Positions 37,112 to 45,340 of a DNA stretch of 64,000 nt are shown here, one piece after another (position 1 is the first letter of the stretch; each line of letters starts with the position of its first letter). Under the pieces are notes generated by a model. The model searched no databases, was not told the DNA's origin, and saw only the letters and a program-made list of their open reading frames with translations. The position numbers and the translations under genes were made by a program. Source of the DNA: Acidimicrobiia bacterium (lineage in GTDB: Bacteria; Actinomycetota; Acidimicrobiia; Acidimicrobiales; JANYDT01). The stretch spans positions 7,858 through 71,857 of the forward strand of contig JANOJN010000272.1 of the NCBI GenBank assembly GCA_031418775.1, written 5' to 3'.

Positions 37112-37870
37112 ATGCTTGAGATCTCCCATCTGAGCTGTTCCTACGGCGGGCCGGTCGTCGTCGACCACGTCGATCTCCACATCCGCCCGGGCGAGCTCGT
37201 CGGCATCGTCGGGCCGTCGGGCTCCGGCAAGACCACCCTGTTGCGGGCGATCCTCGGCACCGTCGAGCCGATGCACGGTTCCATCACCAAGCCCGACGGA
37301 CTTTCTGTCGCCTACGTACCGCAGGTGGAAACCGTCGACTGGAACTTCCCGGTGACCGTCAGTGAAGTCATCGTGATGACCATGCGCCGACGATCGTGGT
37401 GGCCGGGCATCTCGAAGACCGAACGGGCGGAGGTCGACGAGCTGCTCGACCGGCTCGGGCTCGGCGGACTTGGGCAGCGCCATATCCGCGAGCTCTCCGG
37501 CGGGCAGCAGCAGCGGGTGTTCCTCGCCCGCGCGTTGGCGCGGCGGCCCGACCTGCTGGTGCTCGACGAACCGACGTCCGGCGTCGACGTGCGCACCCGC
37601 CACGAGATCCTCCATCTCCTCACCGATCTCAACGCCGACGGCCTCACCATCGTGCTCACCACCCACGACCTCAACGGGCTCGCCGCACACCTCCCGCGCA
37701 TCGTCTGCTTCAACAAGACGGTGATCGCCGACGGCGCCCCCATCGACGTCCTCCGTCCCGCCGTCCTCGAGGCGACGTATGGCGCGCCGCTCGAGGTACT
37801 CATCCACGGCGGCATGCCCGTGGTGCTCGACCATGCCCCGTCCCTTCGCTCCGTCCCGAGGCCGGCGTGA
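37112..37870 (+). CDS. Metal ABC transporter ATP-binding protein
   Basis: GPSGSGKTT, YVPQ...WNFP, LSGGQQQR, LDEPTSGVD, THDL. Confidence 0.92.
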   Translation: MLEISHLSCSYGGPVVVDHVDLHIRPGELVGIVGPSGSGKTTLLRAILGTVEPMHGSITKPDGLSVAYVPQVETVDWNFPVTVSEVIVMTMRRRSWWPGISKTERAEVDELLDRLGLGGLGQRHIRELSGGQQQRVFLARALARRPDLLVLDEPTSGVDVRTRHEILHLLTDLNADGLTIVLTTHDLNGLAAHLPRIVCFNKTVIADGAPIDVLRPAVLEATYGAPLEVLIHGGMPVVLDHAPSLRSVPRPA

Positions 37871-38730
37871 GTGTCGCATCGATCGTCGCCGCGGTCGACC
37901 TGCTTGAGCCGCTTTCGTACGGGTTCTTCCGTCGCGGACTCACTGTGGCCGTGCTGGCCGGGGCGCTCTGCGGCCTCGTCGGCGTCTACGTCGTGCTCCG
38001 GTCGCTCAGCTACATCGGCCACGGGCTCTCGCACGCGGTGTTTGGTGGAGCCGCCGCCGCGGCGGTGGCGAACGTCAACTACTTCCTCGGCGCGGGCGCC
38101 TGGGGCATTGCTTCGGGACTGATGATCGGACGGGTGACCCGGCGCAAGCTGCTCTCGGCCGACGCGGCTATCGGCATCGTCACGACGGCGTCGTTCGCCG
38201 CCGGAATCGTGCTGTTCAACAAATTCGGTCAGGCGCGGCGCAGCATCGACGCAGTGCTGTTCGGAGACATCCTCGGGGTCGCGCGGAGCGACGTGTTCGC
38301 CGTCGTCGGCGTCGGTCTCGCCGTGGTCGCGGTTGTGCTCGGCGCATATCGACCGCTGCTCTATGCCACGTTCGACTCCGAAGTGGCGCGAGTGACGGGC
38401 GGGCGTCCCGACCTTCTCGACGCGGTGCTCATGGTGATGCTCTCGCTCACCGTGCTCGTCACAATGCGGGTCATCGGCGTGTTGCTGATCTCGGCGCTTC
38501 TCGTTCTTCCGGCGTCCACGGCGCGCATGCTCACCGACTCGTTTGCCCGCATGCTCGTCATCGCCCCACTACTCGGCGCGCTTACTTCCTTGGTCGGGCT
38601 GAACCTGAGCTATCACGTCAACACTTCGCCGGGCGCGACCGTCATCCTCATCAACGCCTTCGTGTTCCTCGTGGTGTTCCTGAGCACCGGGCGGGCCGGC
38701 CGGCGTCGGGTGGCTCACGTCCACGTCTGA
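37867..38730 (+). CDS. Metal ABC transporter permease (ABC-3)
   Basis: GVYVVLRSLSYIGHGLSHAVFGG, LFGDILGV, TFDSEVA, GVLLISALLVLP. Confidence 0.9.
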   Translation: MSVASIVAAVDLLEPLSYGFFRRGLTVAVLAGALCGLVGVYVVLRSLSYIGHGLSHAVFGGAAAAAVANVNYFLGAGAWGIASGLMIGRVTRRKLLSADAAIGIVTTASFAAGIVLFNKFGQARRSIDAVLFGDILGVARSDVFAVVGVGLAVVAVVLGAYRPLLYATFDSEVARVTGGRPDLLDAVLMVMLSLTVLVTMRVIGVLLISALLVLPASTARMLTDSFARMLVIAPLLGALTSLVGLNLSYHVNTSPGATVILINAFVFLVVFLSTGRAGRRRVAHVHV

Positions 38731-38762
38731 CGGGGCGGCGTCCAGGGCCCACGTGCTCGGAT

Positions 38763-38921
38763 TGCGGCCAAACACCTCCCAGCGACGTTCGGAGGTGTAT
38801 TGCCCCCATATATGGGGGCAACCTCTCTCCTAGTGTCAGTGCCACTCGTGTTGCGAGCAGTCGAGCGAAGCGAGCGGCGCAGCGCCAGTCGAGTGGAGGG
38901 GCAACCTCTCTCCTAGTGTCA
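38763..38921 (+). repeat. Dispersed two-hairpin element, copy 3, with duplicated 3' tail
   Basis: Core 38763-38832 includes perfect palindrome TTGCCCCCATATATGGGGGCAA; GGGGCAACCTCTCTCCTAGTGTCA repeated at 38815 and 38898. Confidence 0.85.
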
Positions 38922-40196
38922 CGTGAGGAGCCATTCGGGTCCGGAGGGGGTGTCGCGGACCTCGATGCCGGAGGTGGTGAGGCGGTCGCGGATGAGGTCG
39001 GACAGGTCGTAGCGCTTGTCCTTGCGCACCTCACCACGAAGCTCGAGCAAGGTCTCGACGAATGGCGCCACCCGCTCCCGAGGGTCGGCCAACCCCTGGC
39101 CGGCTGCCTCACCGAGACGGCTGATCATCGAGCGCATCATCCGCCGCGCCTCGTCGGCTTCCTCGGACTGCAGGGTGTCGGCCGACCAGGCGTGGATCGC
39201 CGCCTCGAGGTCCAACGCGGCGCGCACGGCGCCATCGCCGTTACCGGCGGCAAGGGATTCGGCAAAGGCCGCGCCGAGTCGCTCCGTGGTGGCGCCGAGT
39301 GACGCTGCGTCGGTCGCCGCTTCTGAGTCGGTGGCGGCCGGATCGGCGACGGCTGGGGTCGTGACAGGGCGGCCGATGGCATGCGTGCCCGCAGCACCGG
39401 GGAAGCGCAACGCGTCGATCGGAACAACCGTTCCGGCCGGGTAGGTCACCGTCGACCCACCGTGACGGACCGACACCACGCCACGACCGACCACCGCTGC
39501 GGTGTCGGCGTCGAGATCGAGAATGACGGCCGTGTGCTCGTCGACGCCCAGCACGTGATGACCCTCCGGCAAGACCGCCTCGAGCATCCTCAGGCGTCGT
39601 TCGCCGAGATAGCAGAACCTCGTGTCGTGATGGCCGCCTTCGGCGTTGTCGTAGTGGGGGATGAGCGCGACCGGAAGGCCGATGGAGCCGAGGACGTCCA
39701 GTCCGTCGAGCCAGTGCGGTTCTTCTCCGGCCTTGTAGATCTCGTACACCGGGACGGTGACGCGCCCGAGCGTGAGGGCGGCGGCGGAGGCGAACGTGAC
39801 CGCGCCACCGGTTCGGAGCTTGTCGGCCAGGATCGTGTGCAGCGGCGATCCCGTCCACTGATGAAGCGCATAGGTGGGCGAGCCCGGCCCGGCGAACACG
39901 TAGGTGGATGCACGCAGAAGGTTGAAACCGCGTTCGAGAGCCACCGGATCACCGCCGACGATGCGGGTCAGCCCGGCCACGCTCAGCTCCGTCACCACCG
40001 ATTCGGCAAAGTACTGCACGGCTTTCTGGGCCAGTTCCGAGGCGTTCTCCTGAAACCCGTAGGGCGTGTCGAGCAGCGCGGCCCTGGCCGCGACTCCGAG
40101 GCGTCCGACGACCTCTCGGTGGACCTTCACCATCGTTGGTGCGGTCTCACCTGAGCCCATCAGGGTGAGGATGCGGGGAAGAGGAGCAGTCGTCAT
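38919..40196 (-). CDS. Peptidase S51/cyanophycinase-like hydrolase fused to a CysRS-type DALR/anticodon-binding domain
   Basis: LMGSGE, VFAGPGSPTY, FASAAA elbow, IPHYD, GVDEHT; C-terminal ELRGEVRKDKRYDLSDLIRDRLTTSGIEVRDTPSGPEW. Confidence 0.75.
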   Translation of the reverse strand: MTTAPLPRILTLMGSGETAPTMVKVHREVVGRLGVAARAALLDTPYGFQENASELAQKAVQYFAESVVTELSVAGLTRIVGGDPVALERGFNLLRASTYVFAGPGSPTYALHQWTGSPLHTILADKLRTGGAVTFASAAALTLGRVTVPVYEIYKAGEEPHWLDGLDVLGSIGLPVALIPHYDNAEGGHHDTRFCYLGERRLRMLEAVLPEGHHVLGVDEHTAVILDLDADTAAVVGRGVVSVRHGGSTVTYPAGTVVPIDALRFPGAAGTHAIGRPVTTPAVADPAATDSEAATDAASLGATTERLGAAFAESLAAGNGDGAVRAALDLEAAIHAWSADTLQSEEADEARRMMRSMISRLGEAAGQGLADPRERVAPFVETLLELRGEVRKDKRYDLSDLIRDRLTTSGIEVRDTPSGPEWLLT

Positions 40197-41164
40197 CGTG
40201 GTGTCGAGCCGTTTTCTGGTGAAGTCACCGGAGCGACCGGTCGTGAGGCAGTGTTCGAGGCGGGCTGTTGCGCCGCTGCGTGTGTCTTCTCGTGCAACCG
40301 GATCAGCGAGTCGGCTGTTCGAAGCGGATGCTGGGCATGGAGGTCGTGGTCGGCGTCGGCGAACCATTCGATGTCGACCGACACGGGGCTGGCGTTGGCG
40401 CACTCGGCTGCGCCGACCGCCTTGTCGTGGCTCCAATCGGCGGCGCTGTCGGCGAGAAGGAGCGCGGCGGGTACCGCGAGCCGGGCGAAGCTGGCGACCG
40501 GATCGTGTTCCCAGAGTGCCCGCAGAATCGCGAGATGGCGGTCACGGCTGAGCCACGCGGCGATCGTGCCGTCGTGTCGCACCTCGAAGTTTGCGAGTGA
40601 CCCTTCGATGCCGCTCTCCGGCCAGTCCGGATGGGCGCTCGTCATCCACGCTCGGATGCGTTCGACCGGTGTCCCGGCGAGGTCGGGAGGGGCGAGTCGT
40701 GACTCGCATTCGGCCCAATCGGGGAACCGCTCGGCGAGCTTGATGACGCCGCCGTCGATCGCCGCGACGGCCCGGACGCGGCCCGGGTGGTTCGCAGCGA
40801 TCTCGACGACCACGTTGCCGCCCCACGACTGTCCGACGATCGTGGGCCGGCGGTCGTCCACCAGGCCTTCGTCCTCCAAGAGTTGCAGGACATCGGCGGA
40901 GACCGCATCGAATCCGTAGCCCGGCTCCTCGTGTCCCTCGCCGCGCACCGGCGGCTTCGGGGACCGACCATGTCCGCGTAGGTCCACGGCGATGGACGCG
41001 TACCCACGGTCGGCCAGGGCCGCACCGACCCCGTCCCACATCCGGGCGTTCGATGCGAGCCCGTGGATCAGGACGAACTCCGGAGCGGCGTCACGCGCGG
41101 GTATCTGCTTCGAGCGGGGCGTCGCCCCGGCGTGCGAATGACGGACGACGGCGAGGCGGACCAT
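40193..41164 (-). CDS. Alpha/beta hydrolase
   Basis: IHGLASNARMW, VDLRGHGRS, GQSWGG, DHDLHAQHP; overlaps next gene start (ATGA). Confidence 0.88.
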   Translation of the reverse strand: MVRLAVVRHSHAGATPRSKQIPARDAAPEFVLIHGLASNARMWDGVGAALADRGYASIAVDLRGHGRSPKPPVRGEGHEEPGYGFDAVSADVLQLLEDEGLVDDRRPTIVGQSWGGNVVVEIAANHPGRVRAVAAIDGGVIKLAERFPDWAECESRLAPPDLAGTPVERIRAWMTSAHPDWPESGIEGSLANFEVRHDGTIAAWLSRDRHLAILRALWEHDPVASFARLAVPAALLLADSAADWSHDKAVGAAECANASPVSVDIEWFADADHDLHAQHPLRTADSLIRLHEKTHAAAQQPASNTASRPVAPVTSPENGSTPR

Positions 41165-41379
41165 GGACGATCGAGGCTACGGCCAGTCGGCGTGATAGCT
41201 GTGCGCTTCAGCGCTCATCAGCGGTCAATGCGATCTGCGCAGTGCGGTGCCGGTCGGTCCGGGTGAGCGGTGTTGCGACTTCCGTGGCGGCTTGGCGCCG
41301 CGTTGTCGACTTGGCGACGCGCTCAAGCGGACAACTGGGCGCCAACTCGCCACACAACGCTGGTTGTTTTCGAATTGGC

Positions 41380-41910
41380 TCACGACAACCGCCGAGCAGC
41401 CCATTCCGCTCGTCCGGAGCGGACAGCGGTGGAGGAGACCTCCGCCAAGGTCGGGTCAGCGAGTTCGAGCACGGTCATCGCTTCGCGTGCTGCGACGATC
41501 GGTGAGTGCGGCGGCCGGGGGACGAGCGCCACGTGGGGGAGCGATGCGACAGCGGCATCGCGGCTCGTCTCGTCGGCGTACCAGCTCGGGTCAAGCACCT
41601 GCGCCCATTTGTCGGCTCCGACGACCACGACGTCGTAGCCCCGGGCGATCTCCGCGATGAAACGTGCCGAGGTGACTTCGACGACGAAGCGCTGATCGTC
41701 GACGAGTGTCCGAAGGTGGAGCGCCCGTGCGTCAACGGTGTTCGAATGGTCTTCCTTGCCGAGCGCAGCACGCGAGAGTACGAACGTGAGCGAGTCGCAG
41801 CGGCATTGCTCGAGCGTGGCGACAGCGATGGCGAGATGGGCAATTGTCAGTGGATCGAAGCTCCCCGGATACACCGCCCGCCGAGCACCTCGCCTGGACG
41901 TTCGGCTCAT
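41380..41910 (-). CDS. NadD/CoaD-like nucleotidyltransferase
   Basis: YPGSFDPLTIAHL, VGADK, VSSTAVR. Confidence 0.75.
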   Translation of the reverse strand: MSRTSRRGARRAVYPGSFDPLTIAHLAIAVATLEQCRCDSLTFVLSRAALGKEDHSNTVDARALHLRTLVDDQRFVVEVTSARFIAEIARGYDVVVVGADKWAQVLDPSWYADETSRDAAVASLPHVALVPRPPHSPIVAAREAMTVLELADPTLAEVSSTAVRSGRAEWAARRLS

Positions 41911-42659
41911 GACCCTGGTCGGCCGCTCACGAGCGCCGCGGCGTCATGGTCGGCGAACACGATCTGATCCGGCGCGCCGACGAGACCCGCCGGAATGGTC
42001 CGGTCTCCGTCCATGAGCCGGCGAAGGGGTTCGGCCTTGGCCGCCCCGGTCACCAGCCACACCACGATGCCGGCGCGATCAAGGGCTGCCCGGGTGAGGG
42101 TGAGCCTGCGGGTTCCGCGGTAGACGCCGGTCAGCGCGACCGGCGCATCGGTGACGTTGAGCACCGCGTCGCCGGGGACGAGTGAGGCGGTATGCCCGTC
42201 GTCGCCGAGTCCGAGGACGGCGACGTCGAGGCCCCGCGGGGCGATGCGCTCCAAGGTTCGTGCATAGAGCGAGGGCGGGTCGGTGCTGTTCACCGGCATC
42301 AGGTGACGATGGGCGGCGCTGACATCCGTCGGATCAAGGAGGAGGGCGAGGAGCTCGTTCGCGTTGCGCTGGGGGTCGCCGTCGGGTGCGATGCGCTCGT
42401 CGATCTGGAAGACGTGGGTGCGGGCCCAGCCGGCCGCCATTTCGGGGTCCCCCAGGATCTGCTGCGCGAGGGACCGGAACATCGTTGCCGGGGTCGTCCC
42501 ACCCGAGAACGCAATCGTCAAATGGGGTCGGGCGGCACGTGCGGCGCCCCGGACCCGGCGGGCGATCTCCTCGGCACACGCCCGCGCGACGGCAGCCGGC
42601 GTGGGGGCGATGTGGAGGTGGCGGCGAGGCCCGAGTGGAGGTGGAGGGGAGGAGGGCAT
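41907..42659 (-). CDS. pgl: 6-phosphogluconolactonase
   Basis: AFSGGTTP, FQIDERIAP, LGLGDDGHTASL, RLTLT, VTGAAK; ATG 42659 inferred. Confidence 0.85.
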   Translation of the reverse strand: MPSSPPPPLGPRRHLHIAPTPAAVARACAEEIARRVRGAARAARPHLTIAFSGGTTPATMFRSLAQQILGDPEMAAGWARTHVFQIDERIAPDGDPQRNANELLALLLDPTDVSAAHRHLMPVNSTDPPSLYARTLERIAPRGLDVAVLGLGDDGHTASLVPGDAVLNVTDAPVALTGVYRGTRRLTLTRAALDRAGIVVWLVTGAAKAEPLRRLMDGDRTIPAGLVGAPDQIVFADHDAAALVSGRPGS

Positions 42660-42750
42660 GAACTCGTGGGTCGCGTTGGCGGGTGGAACGGGGTGTTCTT
42701 GCTGGTCGGGGCGGGAGCGGGAAAAAGTTGCTGAATGCGCGTCACCAAAC

Positions 42751-42806
42751 GTGCGGCGCTGTGGAGCCAAGTGGTAGGTTCTGGAGCTATGGGGAGGCAG
42801 GTGGAG
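42751..42806 (+). promoter_or_regulatory. MraZ-binding direct repeats (10-bp period)
   Basis: GTGCGG 42751, GTGGAG 42761, GTGGTA 42771, CTGGAG 42781, GGGGAG 42791, GTGGAG 42801, upstream of mraZ. Confidence 0.75.
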
Positions 42807-42926
42807 GACATACGCGTTCGGTGCATCGCGAATGCAGCGTGCGCCGACGCCGGGGTGCTCGTGCCGGTCCAGCCGGTCATGGTCGTGTTGCTCGGTTCTC
42901 CGTTCGCGATCGTGGGGGCCTAGACC

Positions 42927-43349
42927 ATGTTGGCAGGCTCCGCCCGGGTCAAGCTCGATGACAAGTGGCGCTTCGTGCTCCCGGTCAAGTTCCGCGCCGA
43001 CGCCGGCGCCGTGATGCACTTCGCGAAGGGCGACCAGGGGCAGCTCCAGCTGCTCACGGCCGAGGCCTACCAGGTCGAGGTCGACCGACACCTCGCTGCC
43101 TTCGGGGAAGGCCGAGACCCCGATCGGTGGGCGATGCGCATGTTCATGGAGACGGTGGAGTCCGTCGACCTGGACAGCCAGTCCCGGGTGCCAGTGATCG
43201 ACCGCCTGCGTGGCTACGCATCTCTGCGCGACCGCGGCGAGCTCCAGCTGATCGGCATGGCCGACCGTCTCGAGGTCTGGGATCTCGAGACGTACGAACG
43301 CCGTCGCGCCGAAGCGCGGGGAGAGGGCGCCCCACATGGTGGACAGTGA
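42927..43349 (+). CDS. mraZ: Division/cell-wall cluster regulator MraZ
   Basis: KLDDKWRFVLP and LDSQSRVPV paired motifs, IGMADRLEVW. Confidence 0.88.
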   Translation: MLAGSARVKLDDKWRFVLPVKFRADAGAVMHFAKGDQGQLQLLTAEAYQVEVDRHLAAFGEGRDPDRWAMRMFMETVESVDLDSQSRVPVIDRLRGYASLRDRGELQLIGMADRLEVWDLETYERRRAEARGEGAPHGGQ

Positions 43350-44442
43350 CGACGCCGATGACCTGGTGCAGCGGGACGACGCCGATGGCTTCTCCCACGT
43401 TCCCGTCCTGCGCGACGAGACCGTCCACTGGATCCGCCCTGTACCGCCCGGGCTCTTCGTCGATCTCACCCTCGGCGGTGCCGGCCACGCACGCGCCGTG
43501 CTCGACGCATGTCCGCACCTGCACCTCCTCGGCCTCGACCAGGACCCCGTCGCCGTGGCCGCAGCCACCACGCGACTCGCCCCGTACGGCTCCCGCGCCC
43601 GTGTCGTGCACATCCGCTCGGACCGTCTCGGCCACGCCCTGGTCGATGACGTCCGCGTCCGCGGGGCGATGCCGGTGACGGCGATCCTCGCTGACCTCGG
43701 CGTCTCGTCCGTGCAGTTCGACGAGAGCGAACGAGGCTTTTCGTACCGCTCCGATGCGCCGCTCGACATGCGCATGGACACGAGCACCGGGCGGACAGCG
43801 GCGGAGTTCGTGAACGAAGCATCGTTCGTGGAGATCGCCGACGCTCTGCGCATCTACGGCGACGAGCGCTTTGCCGGGAGGATCGCCAAAGCGATCCTGG
43901 CGAACCGTCCCGTCCTGACGACCGGCCAGCTCGCCAAGGTCGTGACCAACGCCATCCCGGCGGCAACTCGCCGCACCGGCGGGCACCCGGCCAAGCGGAC
44001 GTTCCAGGCACTGCGCATCGTCGTGAACGATGAGCTCGATGTGCTGGCGACGATGGTCACCGCCGGCCTCGACACCCTGGCCCCGGGCGGACGCTTCGTC
44101 GTCCTCTCGTACCACTCGGGTGAGGACCGCATCGTCAAGGAACTGTTTCGAACCGCCGAATCCGGCGGATGCTCGTGCCCTTCCGGACTGCCGTGCGTTT
44201 GCGGCGCCCTTCCCCGAGGCCGGATGGTGCGAAGAGGGGTCACCAGACCCCAGGCAGCGGAAGTCGCTGCCAACCCGCGAGCCGCCAGTGCGGTGGCGCG
44301 CGTGTTCGAGATGGCCGTTCCGGGCGCAACCGCTCCCGGAACGGCGTCTCGAAGTGAAACCCGGTCGTCCGTTGGTCCTGTTCCTCCGTCCGTCGTTCGC
44401 CCCGAGAAACTCGGCGGGTCGGACACTCCTTCCCGTACCTGA
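43336..44442 (+). CDS. rsmH: 16S rRNA m4C1402 methyltransferase
   Basis: HVPVL, DLTLGGAGH, DLGVSSVQFD, RGFSY, PLDMRMD, HPAKRTFQALRI, SYHSGEDRIVK. Confidence 0.95.
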   Translation: MVDSDDADDLVQRDDADGFSHVPVLRDETVHWIRPVPPGLFVDLTLGGAGHARAVLDACPHLHLLGLDQDPVAVAAATTRLAPYGSRARVVHIRSDRLGHALVDDVRVRGAMPVTAILADLGVSSVQFDESERGFSYRSDAPLDMRMDTSTGRTAAEFVNEASFVEIADALRIYGDERFAGRIAKAILANRPVLTTGQLAKVVTNAIPAATRRTGGHPAKRTFQALRIVVNDELDVLATMVTAGLDTLAPGGRFVVLSYHSGEDRIVKELFRTAESGGCSCPSGLPCVCGALPRGRMVRRGVTRPQAAEVAANPRAASAVARVFEMAVPGATAPGTASRSETRSSVGPVPPSVVRPEKLGGSDTPSRT

Positions 44443-44450
44443 GGTCGTCT

Positions 44451-45260
44451 GTGTCTTCCTTGCTCGCCTCTCGACGTCTGCGCACGCCGGCCGAGGCCTT
44501 CGCCCTGTGCCTGCGACCCCTTCCGGCCGCGTTCCACCCCGACGTCCGCCGAGAGCCAGCCCCGACGCCGTCGCCATTCGTGTCGTCCGGCCGAACCGCG
44601 GCGCGTCAACGGGCGGCGGGTCCGCAGACCTCCGCCATCCCGGGCGGACGCGCCCCGGCGGGGCGACCGGAACGGACGGCTCCCGTCACCCGTCCGTCGC
44701 GCCCGATGCCGTCGACGGCGTCCGCGGTGACGAATCGCGCCACCCGACGTCCGTCCGTCGCCCCCACGGTCCGGCGCACGACCGGTGGGTCCGTCGCCAG
44801 CGCCGCAATGGGCTACCGGACAGACCGGGGCTCCGGACGGGCACACGCAACCGTCGGAGCGACCGCACTTCTCGATGACCTTGCCCCGGAGAGCGTCGAA
44901 CTCGCCGCTGAGCCGCGCCGCGTTCTCGGTCGGGCGACCGCCTTACGCGCCGTGCCGGCCGCCCGGGCAACCGTGGGTCGATCGGTTCCGGTTGTTCGCT
45001 CGCATCGCTGGAGGCGGCGAATCCGCATGCTGCTGGCCGGGACGCTCCTGTCCGGTGTGGTGCTCATCGCGTTCGCGGCGGTCGCCATGCACTCGCAACT
45101 GGCGAGCCGCCAACTCCGTCTCAACGTTCTTCGCACGGAAGTTGACACCGCGGAGCGCGAGCACCAGCGCCTTCGGCTGACTGTTGCCGAGCTCGACACG
45201 CCGGAGCAGGTCGTCTCCAGTGCATACCGGCTCGGACTTGTCGGTGCCGCCGAGGTCTAA
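44451..45260 (+). CDS. ftsL: FtsL-like protein with long low-complexity N-terminus
   Basis: Between rsmH and ftsI; TM LLAGTLLSGVVLIAFAAVA then coiled coil and ELDTPEQV...AYRLGLV; start uncertain. Confidence 0.65.
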   Translation: MSSLLASRRLRTPAEAFALCLRPLPAAFHPDVRREPAPTPSPFVSSGRTAARQRAAGPQTSAIPGGRAPAGRPERTAPVTRPSRPMPSTASAVTNRATRRPSVAPTVRRTTGGSVASAAMGYRTDRGSGRAHATVGATALLDDLAPESVELAAEPRRVLGRATALRAVPAARATVGRSVPVVRSHRWRRRIRMLLAGTLLSGVVLIAFAAVAMHSQLASRQLRLNVLRTEVDTAEREHQRLRLTVAELDTPEQVVSSAYRLGLVGAAEV

Positions 45261-45340
45261 TTCCTTCCCACAGCTTCGACGATGCCGGCATCCGCCCGAA
45301 CCGCGGGCCCGACGGTTCCCGACCTGACACGAGGACGCTG

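Noticed and set aside
41165-41379. Intergenic region with CTTGGCG(C/A)CGCG twice and an ACTTCCG shared with other hairpins
   Set aside because: Only one weak repeat pair, and a 7-mer like ACTTCCG is expected several times by chance in 64 kb.
42660-43853. Long N-terminal extension of pgl (648-aa ORF); similarly 23828-24220 for the kinase and 20751-21233 for the thiolase-like gene
   Set aside because: These open frames overlap mraZ/rsmH or other real genes on the opposite strand, and family homology begins only at the internal starts.
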